Virus record (IMG/VR): IMGVR_UViG_3300030059_002546
Span: 1-34,460 of that record
Strand: one strand, 5' to 3'
From: a virus
Lineage: Duplodnaviria; Caudoviricetes
DNA: 34,460 nucleotides
How positions within the stretch are numbered: the first letter of the stretch is position 1; each line of letters opens with the position of its first letter. Under the pieces are notes generated by a model that was not told the origin of the DNA, did no database searches, and saw only the letters and a list, made by a program, of their open reading frames with translations. Below are positions 1-7,802 of this stretch, piece by piece. A program made the position numbers and the translations under genes.

Positions 1-27
1 CTGCAAGAGGTGCTTGATGTATATATC

Positions 28-78
28 TGGTAGGCACGATTGGATTCGAACCAACGACCCCCACCATGTCAAGGTGGT
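28..78 (-). repeat. att core: 3' 51-nt fragment of tRNA-Val(GAC) (anticodon arm, T arm, 3' acceptor strand, CCA)
   Basis: Minus strand reads ACCACCTTGACATGGTGGGGGTCGTTGGTTCGAATCCAATCGTGCCTACCA; D arm and 5' acceptor strand are absent. Confidence 0.9.
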
Positions 79-243
79 ACGGTAACTCGCGCAAACCTAC
101 TAGGGGCGGCATTTTACACTGTTTTTAGCTACTGTCAAAAATGGCATTTTCGGCATAATAAAAACAATGGGTTATGTGTTGGTTTCGGACTCAATCAGCT
201 TTTCGCTTTCGCCAATTAAATTAATTTATTAAAGGTGAAAACG

Positions 244-360
244 ATGGATACATTTGATTTGATTTTAGCTGTTTTAGGAATAGCCGCAGTTTTTGGTTTG
301 GTTGGGGCTTCTTGGTTTTGGATCATGAAGAAAGACGTGCAGGATGTAGAGGAAGATTAA
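244..360 (+). CDS. 38-aa single-pass membrane protein (moron), not in ORF track
   Basis: AAGGTG RBS, then MDTFDLILAVLGIAAVFGLVGASWFWIMKKDVQDVEED*. Confidence 0.6.
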   Translation: MDTFDLILAVLGIAAVFGLVGASWFWIMKKDVQDVEED

Positions 361-365
361 ATATT

Positions 366-413
366 TTGACAATGGATAGCTAGAGATCATATTTTGTGAT
401 CTCGTTCACACTT
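366..413 (+). promoter_or_regulatory. sigma70-like promoter (-35 TTGACA) with CRP-family site over the predicted start
   Basis: TTGACA 366-371; -10 candidates CATATT (388) or TATTTT (390); TGTGA-TCTCGT-TCACA at 395-410. Confidence 0.65.
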
Positions 414-429
414 CTATGGAGGGAGTCCC

Positions 430-996
430 GTGAAAGCTATCCTGTTTTTTTCTGTTTTATTTTTTTCCGCCTCTGCTAATTCTGCGCTATTTACAATACT
501 TACTGGCGGTGCAGCCAGCCCTTTTGGTGGACACTATGATGGCTGCTCATCAGAATGTGTAATTGGCTACAAAGATCCAGCCGTCTTCCCTGATGCGGTT
601 GATTTGGACAATCCAATCAACAATGAAAATTATTTTTCAGTTGGAACGGATTTAGTAGATCGGCAAATGACAAACGGCGCAAATATTTTAATTGAGCGAC
701 CAGTTAATATTGTTATTGAGTGGACAACCTTTAATATAACTGATGCAAGTTTATATTACGATGGCAAGTCTCTGGCACTCCCCGGCACTGGCTCCGGATT
801 GTTTAGCTATTATTTATTTAACCAAGTATACACACCCTTCACATCCAGTTTCGCTATTGGTGGAAAAGCTTTATCTCTAGAATCTTTTGTTGAGCTAAGG
901 TTTTATGAGGTTAGTGAAGTGCCTTTGCCTGCAACTTTGTTTTTGCTCGCTCCAGCATTATTTGGCTTTATGGGGTTAAGGCGAAAATTATCTTAA
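430..996 (+). CDS. Secreted protein with VPLPA-CTERM (PEP-CTERM-like) sorting signal; moron
   Basis: Signal peptide ending SANSA; C-terminus VSEVPLPA + transmembrane helix + RRK; GGAGGGAG RBS; opposite orientation to late operon. Confidence 0.85.
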   Translation: MKAILFFSVLFFSASANSALFTILTGGAASPFGGHYDGCSSECVIGYKDPAVFPDAVDLDNPINNENYFSVGTDLVDRQMTNGANILIERPVNIVIEWTTFNITDASLYYDGKSLALPGTGSGLFSYYLFNQVYTPFTSSFAIGGKALSLESFVELRFYEVSEVPLPATLFLLAPALFGFMGLRRKLS

Positions 997-1475
997 TCTG
1001 GACGCCTGCATGCCTCTCGATAGTAGGCTACCTGAGCCTCTAATTTCACTATTCCATCCCTGAGGGCGTTATAAGTTGGTCGAGCAGAGGGATTAAGCTC
1101 GGGACGGGTTCTTTCACCCATGCTGGAATCGGTGCGGGTTTTGGGCAGTCTATCGCTATGGGCTGGACAACTGGCGTTGACGAGCAGGCGCTTATTGAGA
1201 GCATTAACAGCAGCATCAAGCCGCCTAGTTTTGTCTTCTGCATTGCGCATGATAGCGTATTGTTCAGTTTCAACAACTGAAAGCCTGGCCTGCTCTTTGT
1301 CGAGTTCATTTTGCAATTCCCGTTGTTTGGTTGCTGCGGTTACAGATATTTTTTGAAGTGTTTTTGACGTTTCCAAATTAGCTTTTGCAAGCTTTTCACC
1401 CATACGCCAACCCTGCACTCCAAACCCCGCACTAAAAGACACAAGTAAGACGGCGATTAAAAGGTATTTATTCAT
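993..1475 (-). CDS. Rz-like inner-membrane spanin
   Basis: Start MNKYLLIAV overlaps endolysin stop; N-terminal TM, coiled coil, RLLVNASCP motif; contains embedded lipoprotein ORF. Confidence 0.88.
   Translation of the reverse strand: MNKYLLIAVLLVSFSAGFGVQGWRMGEKLAKANLETSKTLQKISVTAATKQRELQNELDKEQARLSVVETEQYAIMRNAEDKTRRLDAAVNALNKRLLVNASCPAHSDRLPKTRTDSSMGERTRPELNPSARPTYNALRDGIVKLEAQVAYYREACRRPD
1049..1243 (-). CDS. Rz1-like outer-membrane spanin lipoprotein, embedded in Rz
   Basis: Alternative frame inside Rz; lipobox ISAC; Pro-rich CPKPAPIPAWV. Confidence 0.85.
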   Translation of the reverse strand: MQKTKLGGLMLLLMLSISACSSTPVVQPIAIDCPKPAPIPAWVKEPVPSLIPLLDQLITPSGME

Positions 1476-1998
1476 AAAGTCCAGCCAAACAAAGATTGTC
1501 ACGCTCAGCTTGTCTTCGGTTATACAATCCTTGAACAAATACCTTGCCATTAACGGTTGTTACGTAAGACCAGTTTGGTTTGCCACCATAGGTCGTTGCC
1601 AACAGATTGCAGCCGATCGCGTAATCACCATCATTTATATGACTAACAGAATTACTTGAGCATGTTTTTGGATAGCCAAAATTCCACGCATGGCTTGATA
1701 TGGCATCGAATACAGGCTGTGGCGGCTGATGCGTCAGACAAGAAAGCAATTTAAGCTGAACCTTTGTCACCGCTACACTCATAACGCGATCACACTTTTC
1801 TTTGGGCCAATATTCACCCACAATCACGGGCTCATCGGTTACGTGCTTTGTTATGCCATAGCAAGCAGTTGGTAATCCTTCTGCTAACTTATCGGCATAC
1901 ACCGTCATCCCATCCTGTCCACCTCCCTCCCATAATGCGAGAAAGGCAACAAGCACAGACGAGCCTAGCGTTAATCCGCCAACCTTCATTCTATTCAT
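1468..1998 (-). CDS. SAR-type endolysin (GH24 lysozyme)
   Basis: Weakly hydrophobic Gly/Ala/Ser-rich N-terminal helix, WEG...YAD...PTACYG catalytic region, GLYNRRQAE C-terminal motif. Confidence 0.9.
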   Translation of the reverse strand: MNRMKVGGLTLGSSVLVAFLALWEGGGQDGMTVYADKLAEGLPTACYGITKHVTDEPVIVGEYWPKEKCDRVMSVAVTKVQLKLLSCLTHQPPQPVFDAISSHAWNFGYPKTCSSNSVSHINDGDYAIGCNLLATTYGGKPNWSYVTTVNGKVFVQGLYNRRQAERDNLCLAGLYE

Positions 1999-2014
1999 GC
2001 TTTACTCCAGGCGT

Positions 2015-2038
2015 AAAAAAGCCGCCCGAAGGCGGCTT
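2015..2038 (-). terminator. Intrinsic terminator after 1236-aa gene
   Basis: AAGCCGCC-TTCG-GGCGGCTT-TTTT on minus strand. Confidence 0.85.
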
Positions 2039-2068
2039 GATTGAAGTTTAATTTAATATCTTTTATAC

Positions 2069-5000
2069 CTATAAGCCATATGAATCCCAAGGTGCTGGCG
2101 ATCCATTTATGCCAACGGCCACGGCAGCTATATGGACTCCTGGCGTATTATCCATGCCAAAACCAACAAAAGCGTTTGCTAACTCATTACTCGGAAGTGT
2201 CACGGAGTACACAGGTGTTTCTGGCCGTGACCCGTCATAAGCCCAATATCTTGTTGATATAATTCCTGCACCTGTTACAGTAGTTTCCACCCAATACCAG
2301 TTAGCATTAAAGTTGGTGGTACTGATGCCACCCGCGACCCCACTCCTTGTGAATACATCATCTACCACATATTGTATTTCAACATTATCAAACGTTGTTA
2401 CTAATCCACCGGCAACCCACTCAGGTTCAGCGCCATCCTCTTGTATTCTGGGGCATGGTTTAGGTTGGTATGTTCTTGATGTTGTACTTCCGGTCCCTTT
2501 CATGAGTGCAGCAATAGTTACAGTTCCAGTTTGAGCGCCTATCTCGTCAATTATTAACGCCAAATTAACAGAGTTAAGGTTGCCCCCTATGAGCGCGATA
2601 TTTCCAGTTACTCCAGACGGAAGGGTTGATTCAAATATTGAGTTGGTGACACTGTTCGGATTATTAGCAGCAGGTCTTAAAAATGGAACTGTTCCACCCA
2701 CTTCGTAATCATCCACATTGTAAAGGAATTGTGTTACAGCATTAGTTGATATATTCACGCCATCAACTAGCGTGTTAAACGCTTCTAAGGTATAGCCAGT
2801 GGTTACACCAGCATCAATAACTAATGCTACATAATTATTAACTTGAGAAGGGTTATAAAGATTGTTACCCGTTATCACGCCGCCATCAAATGTAGCAGAG
2901 CTAAGTTTTAAGCACTCACTGTTAAAGTCAATATTATTAACGTTGTCAACAATCTCTAGTCCACGTTGCACTTGTGCTTGGCTATAATCTGCCAATCTAT
3001 GCCCGATAACGCTATTGTCATCAATAACCGCTTTATAGCCTTGGTCTTCTGGATTCGCCCCAACAAACGCCGCCCATGAACCGCTATCATTCCCTAAATT
3101 CGCCACATCCTCTGTAACGTTTTTGGCAAACCTAACAGTTCCCGGAGCGCCGTAATAAACCAAGCAATGAAGTACGTTAGAATAGTTACCCCTTACAAGG
3201 AGTCCGTCAATAAATTCTCTCGGATTGGTGTTGTTTGTTATAGAGCAGTCCACACCAAAACGTCTATATTGCGACATAAAGTTGTCGCAAACAGATACGT
3301 TGTGCGAAGTATATCCTTCAATATTCTTTGCCAAGTTACTATTAACTGCAAAAGACGATCCTATGCCCTTGCCGAAGGTGTTATAACAAACGTGAGCATT
3401 ATCAATTGCACCACTGATGTATGCATCATGGTCTTTAACATCGTCTTTTGAATCGGTTTCAAACTCACAAAAGATTATTCCAACACTCCAGTTCACGTTT
3501 TTCATGGAGAGGTATACGTTGTAACTGTGCTCTACCGATCCGCTTGATATACAATAGTTTTCAGAACCGCAATCAGAAACCGTTGCTGACGCCAATACAA
3601 AACCATCCACATCCCAAGATGTATAAGCTATCCTCGGTTGAAGCCTCCCGGCATCATTTAAGTACCAGATGTACCCTGTCTGAGGTGTTTCGGGAGGAAT
3701 GGTTTCAATAGGCAAAAATACAGTTGTTCCAGATGGGTTTCCGGCACTGGTAAAGTCATTCCGATTATTCAGTAGCCCATCAAATTTACAACCCAAGAAT
3801 GTCCAATGGCGGATAAATCCATCTGCCGAGCAAACTGCCGAGAAGGTTGTACCAGAGACGGCTCCTTTAAATTCTACGTTGTGATAGCAGTCTCTAAACG
3901 TACCCGATCCAGTAGAGCTTAACGACCTACCAACAACCGTGTTTTTAAACTCGCCATCGACAACCCCGTTTGCCATAAAGAATCTATGGTCAGCAGGCGC
4001 GTTAATTGAGCTACCAATACCAGCCGCTAAAACAATCTGATCTGTTCCGGGATTTGTTAATCTGAACCCACCTTTGTAGCCAACGATATAAGTTGACATT
4101 CTGGTTGATTGAAGCTCTCCACGGGTCCATTCGCCAGTCACATACCAGAAGTTGCCGGTTAACGTATTATCGGTAGGTGGTGCTGCCTTCGGTCCAGTTG
4201 AGAAAGTAACGCCCGTGTAGTCCGCTCCTAATGCTTCGGCCAACTCAATCTCGTCATCACTTATTTTAGCTGCAACTTCGTAACGACCGGCAGGGAAGCC
4301 GCCCTCATTCGCCCCTGTAAAATACATATAGTTGTAGTTGTAAACTGGGTTAATGTTTGCGGATGCAGCAGTGTGGTCGTAATCAGCGAATAAACCTGTA
4401 CCGGTGACACGTTTAGTTGCATTTGTATAAGCAGCGGTTCCTGATACAACAAAGGCGCTTAAGCCATCATAGGCTGAATTTCCATTAACGGAATCCGCAT
4501 ACTTAACCGGGAAAGCGTTTTCAGTAACATTAAATGTTTTACTGAGACTGTTTACCCGGACAAATCCCTCACCATTTTGACCTTTTACTAAACAGGTAAC
4601 TTTATAATTATCAATAGCGGGAACAATCGCGTGATAGTTACCCTCCTTAGTATCTGAAAACAGATCAAATGCCGCATCCGTTATAGGATGTAGCAAGCCA
4701 AAATAATCGGGTACAGGGTTATCTTCCGCATCTGTAATGATGAACCTGATATCGAGATCGTTAAACTCATTAATTTCGTTAGCAGTTAAAGTCCTGCCGC
4801 CTGATATAGAAATATCACCAGGACGTATTTTGCATATCAACTGCTTTGGAACGGCATCTGGCGTTTCAACAATTTCAAAATCATTGACAACAAGACCGGT
4901 TATATCAATGTGTTTATAACCAACGTAATTTAAACCTAGATCAGGCTCTACAGTTCCCTGCCCAACAACGCTCTCAACCGTAACTAAATCATCTGTATTT

Positions 5001-5779
5001 GATGCTGAAGACGTTCCGGCTGCATTGGTTGCGGTAAATGATAATCCAGCAGCAGTACTTTCTGCGTCAGGTGTGCCGGTTATTGATCCTGTTGATGCGT
5101 TAAGCGTTGCCCATGAGGGCAACGTTCCTGTAGCAGTCTCAAACGTATCTATCTCGCCTGCAAACACATACGCAATGCTGAAACTGAAAGGAACACCAAT
5201 TGTGGCCTGTGGAAAATCAAGAGTTGCAATAACTGTAGGCGCTTCTAGTGCAGCCGCTTTATATACTGTGACCGTTCTAGTAGTAGGCGTAATCGTAAAG
5301 CCAGAAGGCACACCAATAATATCCAGCGTAACGCTCTGACCGTCTTCAACCGTAATGGTGTGAATATTGACGGTATAAACAGCCCCAACTTTCGACACAA
5401 CACCCTTGCTTGCGCCTGTTACCACAAAGTTGCCAGTGGTCAAGCCTGGGTCAATATCAAACGTTGCCGTTAATTGCGTGGTTGAAACTGAGCCACTTGT
5501 GCCGTTTGCGGTTAGGGATTGGAAGGCTACGGCTGTTGGTTCGACAAAAACCATTGTGGTGCGTGAAAGCGGCGAGAAGCTGTAGCCACTCGGACTTGTC
5601 ATGGTGATTGTTGCTTCGTTATTTCCTGCAGGCAGGCTAACGCTAGATATTGGTAAAACGCGAGTTGTTCCGGTTCCAGTCAATGTGCCTTTTACGGCAA
5701 AAGGAACGCCAAAATTATCAGCAGTTAATGGTCCGGGATCTTTGTTATATTCAAATACCAATTCTGATGTTGTAGCCAT
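2069..5779 (-). CDS. 1236-aa multidomain virion-associated protein: Ig-like repeats, He_PIG/cadherin-like domain, probable beta-helix, C-terminal lectin-like domain
   Basis: Two tandem ~90-aa Thr/Val-rich repeats; LPSWATLNASTGSITGTP; KYADSVNGNSAYDGLS; Asn-rich xxxxGN/DN repeats; TAATG overlap with upstream gene. Confidence 0.75.
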   Translation of the reverse strand: MATTSELVFEYNKDPGPLTADNFGVPFAVKGTLTGTGTTRVLPISSVSLPAGNNEATITMTSPSGYSFSPLSRTTMVFVEPTAVAFQSLTANGTSGSVSTTQLTATFDIDPGLTTGNFVVTGASKGVVSKVGAVYTVNIHTITVEDGQSVTLDIIGVPSGFTITPTTRTVTVYKAAALEAPTVIATLDFPQATIGVPFSFSIAYVFAGEIDTFETATGTLPSWATLNASTGSITGTPDAESTAAGLSFTATNAAGTSSASNTDDLVTVESVVGQGTVEPDLGLNYVGYKHIDITGLVVNDFEIVETPDAVPKQLICKIRPGDISISGGRTLTANEINEFNDLDIRFIITDAEDNPVPDYFGLLHPITDAAFDLFSDTKEGNYHAIVPAIDNYKVTCLVKGQNGEGFVRVNSLSKTFNVTENAFPVKYADSVNGNSAYDGLSAFVVSGTAAYTNATKRVTGTGLFADYDHTAASANINPVYNYNYMYFTGANEGGFPAGRYEVAAKISDDEIELAEALGADYTGVTFSTGPKAAPPTDNTLTGNFWYVTGEWTRGELQSTRMSTYIVGYKGGFRLTNPGTDQIVLAAGIGSSINAPADHRFFMANGVVDGEFKNTVVGRSLSSTGSGTFRDCYHNVEFKGAVSGTTFSAVCSADGFIRHWTFLGCKFDGLLNNRNDFTSAGNPSGTTVFLPIETIPPETPQTGYIWYLNDAGRLQPRIAYTSWDVDGFVLASATVSDCGSENYCISSGSVEHSYNVYLSMKNVNWSVGIIFCEFETDSKDDVKDHDAYISGAIDNAHVCYNTFGKGIGSSFAVNSNLAKNIEGYTSHNVSVCDNFMSQYRRFGVDCSITNNTNPREFIDGLLVRGNYSNVLHCLVYYGAPGTVRFAKNVTEDVANLGNDSGSWAAFVGANPEDQGYKAVIDDNSVIGHRLADYSQAQVQRGLEIVDNVNNIDFNSECLKLSSATFDGGVITGNNLYNPSQVNNYVALVIDAGVTTGYTLEAFNTLVDGVNISTNAVTQFLYNVDDYEVGGTVPFLRPAANNPNSVTNSIFESTLPSGVTGNIALIGGNLNSVNLALIIDEIGAQTGTVTIAALMKGTGSTTSRTYQPKPCPRIQEDGAEPEWVAGGLVTTFDNVEIQYVVDDVFTRSGVAGGISTTNFNANWYWVETTVTGAGIISTRYWAYDGSRPETPVYSVTLPSNELANAFVGFGMDNTPGVHIAAVAVGINGSPAPWDSYGL

Positions 5780-5820
5780 TATTCTTCCCCGCCGTTAGCT
5801 GTGACTGATAACCAAATGAC
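5258..5820 (-). repeat. Two tandem Ig-like protein repeats; the first is split across two ORFs
   Basis: VIWLSVTANGGEE*|MATTSELVFEYNKDPGPLTADNF...SPSGYSFSPLSRTTMVF aligns with VAFQSLTANGTSGSVSTTQLTATFDIDPGLTTGNF...VPSGFTITPTTRTVTVY. Confidence 0.8.
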
Positions 5821-6285
5821 CTCAATCGTTTCGTTGCCGGTGACGCGCACTATCGGCGAGTTGATTTCTACAACTGCGGTGCGACCGACGATTGAATTGG
5901 CAGATGATGGATTTGTGGTTGAGCTGAAGACTTTTCCGGTAAAGAAATCGCTTGTGCCGTCCTGATAATCAATCCGGAATGAATGTTCTGTATTCTTAGT
6001 GGCACCATCTACAGCAGCAGCTAAAATGGCTTGTCCGGCATCTAATATGTCCCGCCCAAGCTGCAGTGCTGTTTGCCCATAATTGATAAATCCTTTGTAC
6101 TTCTGGGTTACACCCGTCTTTAATGGATTGTGCTCAACTACCTGTGCGCTTGGCCCGTATTCGGGGATGTCGGTTACCTCTGCTACCTCGGTGTAGTCCA
6201 GCGCCAAAAAACCAGCACCATCAAGCACTAAAGGCTCACCAACAGCTACGGAAAAAACAGTCCCGGTACTGGTTAAAACGCCCAT
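5779..6285 (-). CDS. Second tail tube protein paralog with C-terminal extension
   Basis: Gap-free alignment with 13687-14145, 106/148 identical by hand count; AGGAG RBS. Confidence 0.9.
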   Translation of the reverse strand: MGVLTSTGTVFSVAVGEPLVLDGAGFLALDYTEVAEVTDIPEYGPSAQVVEHNPLKTGVTQKYKGFINYGQTALQLGRDILDAGQAILAAAVDGATKNTEHSFRIDYQDGTSDFFTGKVFSSTTNPSSANSIVGRTAVVEINSPIVRVTGNETIEVIWLSVTANGGEE

Positions 6286-6327
6286 GTGATTTCTCCTATT
6301 TGTGTCTGCATGAAAACTCCGGGCAAT

Positions 6328-6351
6328 AAAAAACCCGCACTAGGCGGGTTT
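6328..6351 (-). terminator. Intrinsic terminator after tail fiber assembly gene
   Basis: AAACCCGC-CTAGT-GCGGGTTT-TTT. Confidence 0.85.
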
Positions 6352-6373
6352 GTTTGGTGAGGTTTGTTGGCGG

Positions 6374-6892
6374 TTACAGCTGTATCTGATTTGCGTTTAT
6401 AAATAAATCGTCAAACTGCTGTTGAGTCAGATTTAATCCGCCTTCACCAGCAAGTAGCTGCATTGTCGGGCTGTTTTTTTGCCATGTATTTGCTGCATAT
6501 AAAGCCTGTTCAGCAATTATTTTTGTTGTGGGATCTGGAATAGCATCAACAAGAGCAATCACAGTGGGCCAATAGCCTGATATTTTTAGCTGCGCCGTTC
6601 CCTGCGCACGACTCACTTGAGTTATCGGCTCAGGATCGGGCGTAGGAATTTCATCCTGCCACCCAGAAGGCGTCTCATCCTCGGTCAATATTTCTTGTGA
6701 TTCGACAGCTTTATCAACCAGTCGGTAAACTGTTCGCTTTTCTCCGCTATAGATGAATGGAGCGCCTTCGCGCACTGTAACGGGCTTACCGTCCAATTTA
6801 GCCGCAAGCAGCGACTGATACTGTGCATCGCTTATTTCAATGCCACCACTAATCACTGACTGGCTTATAGTGTCGTTTTTCATATACGGCAT
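6374..6892 (-). CDS. Putative tail fiber assembly/chaperone protein
   Basis: GGIEISDAQYQSLL N-terminus and VSRAQG...LTQQQFDDLFINA C-terminus; coupled to fiber gene. Confidence 0.65.
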   Translation of the reverse strand: MPYMKNDTISQSVISGGIEISDAQYQSLLAAKLDGKPVTVREGAPFIYSGEKRTVYRLVDKAVESQEILTEDETPSGWQDEIPTPDPEPITQVSRAQGTAQLKISGYWPTVIALVDAIPDPTTKIIAEQALYAANTWQKNSPTMQLLAGEGGLNLTQQQFDDLFINANQIQL

Positions 6893-7800
6893 TATGCGAT
6901 CCTCATGTAATAGGTTGCACCGATGTTTCGTGGCCTTGTTTCATCACCGCCAGTTGCGCCAGAATTAAGGGTTGCTGTAGAACCAACTACACGACCATTT
7001 CCAGCGCCAACATAATCAAGAATCCCCCCGATAGGGTGGGTATGCGAGGCAAACTGATCGTCCTCCTCCGTGCCGGATGATCCTGGCCGAATAAATTGAC
7101 GAGACGTATTAAGTAGCTTGACCGTTTGCCCATTCATTGGGCTTGGTACATAATCTATTACTGCCGTAGCTACCACATCAGGAGCAGTGCCTGACACGCT
7201 CTCGCTGGTGAGCAATCCTTCGTTATATTCGCCAGATCCATCCTCGCCAGCTGTTAATTTTATAAATTTTGCAGTTCCTGAGTTTGATGGCTCGTCCACT
7301 CCAGTTAAGTGAGTCCATAAAGCAAAAGGCTCGCCTATGGCCCTCAACAAAAAAGCCTGCTGATTAACCTGCTCTAAAGTTGCTAAATCTGGCGCTTGCT
7401 CCGGGGTGACAATTCCGTTAAAACTCAGCGATACGGACCAGCTACTGAAGGTGCCACTACCCTGAACTACCTGAACATTAACTACCAGAGCACCCGTTGA
7501 TGTACTGTATGAAAGTACATCGCCAATCATCCAGAGACTGCCATTTGTGGTGCTGGCAATCTTTACCGACATGCCGGTGAAATAGGATTTTCCGGTTTCA
7601 ACCGTTAATGTTTTTTCAGCTACAGATATTGCAAGCGAGGTTGTTGATACACTATTAGTTGAAAGGCTATTTAATGCGGCAGCATAGGTATTTAATTCTT
7701 GCTGAAACTGTGGGAGCGCACCCAAAAAGTCGTCAGCTCTTGAATCAAAGTTATCGGGGCTAGCTGTGCTTGGTGGTGTGGGTAAGGCTGTTATTTCCAT
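6892..7800 (-). CDS. Short tail fiber with collar-like domain
   Basis: N-terminus LPTPPS...FDSRADDF; IGEPFALW, RQFIRP, DQFASHTH and GGDETRPRNIGATYYMRI collar/tip motifs. Confidence 0.8.
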   Translation of the reverse strand: MEITALPTPPSTASPDNFDSRADDFLGALPQFQQELNTYAAALNSLSTNSVSTTSLAISVAEKTLTVETGKSYFTGMSVKIASTTNGSLWMIGDVLSYSTSTGALVVNVQVVQGSGTFSSWSVSLSFNGIVTPEQAPDLATLEQVNQQAFLLRAIGEPFALWTHLTGVDEPSNSGTAKFIKLTAGEDGSGEYNEGLLTSESVSGTAPDVVATAVIDYVPSPMNGQTVKLLNTSRQFIRPGSSGTEEDDQFASHTHPIGGILDYVGAGNGRVVGSTATLNSGATGGDETRPRNIGATYYMRIA

Positions 7801-7802
7801 GC

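Noticed and set aside
28-103. Complete tRNA-Val gene
   Set aside because: Similarity stops at 78; no D arm or 5' acceptor strand, so it is an att duplicate
5784-5790. Canonical lambda-type slippery heptamer at the TTP2 junction
   Set aside because: In-frame context is C GGG GAA, which does not fit X XXY YYZ; frameshifting is kept only as a non-canonical hypothesis
2069-7800. Diversity-generating retroelement or invertible tail-fiber cassette
   Set aside because: No reverse transcriptase, invertase, TR/VR pair or inverted crossover sites seen
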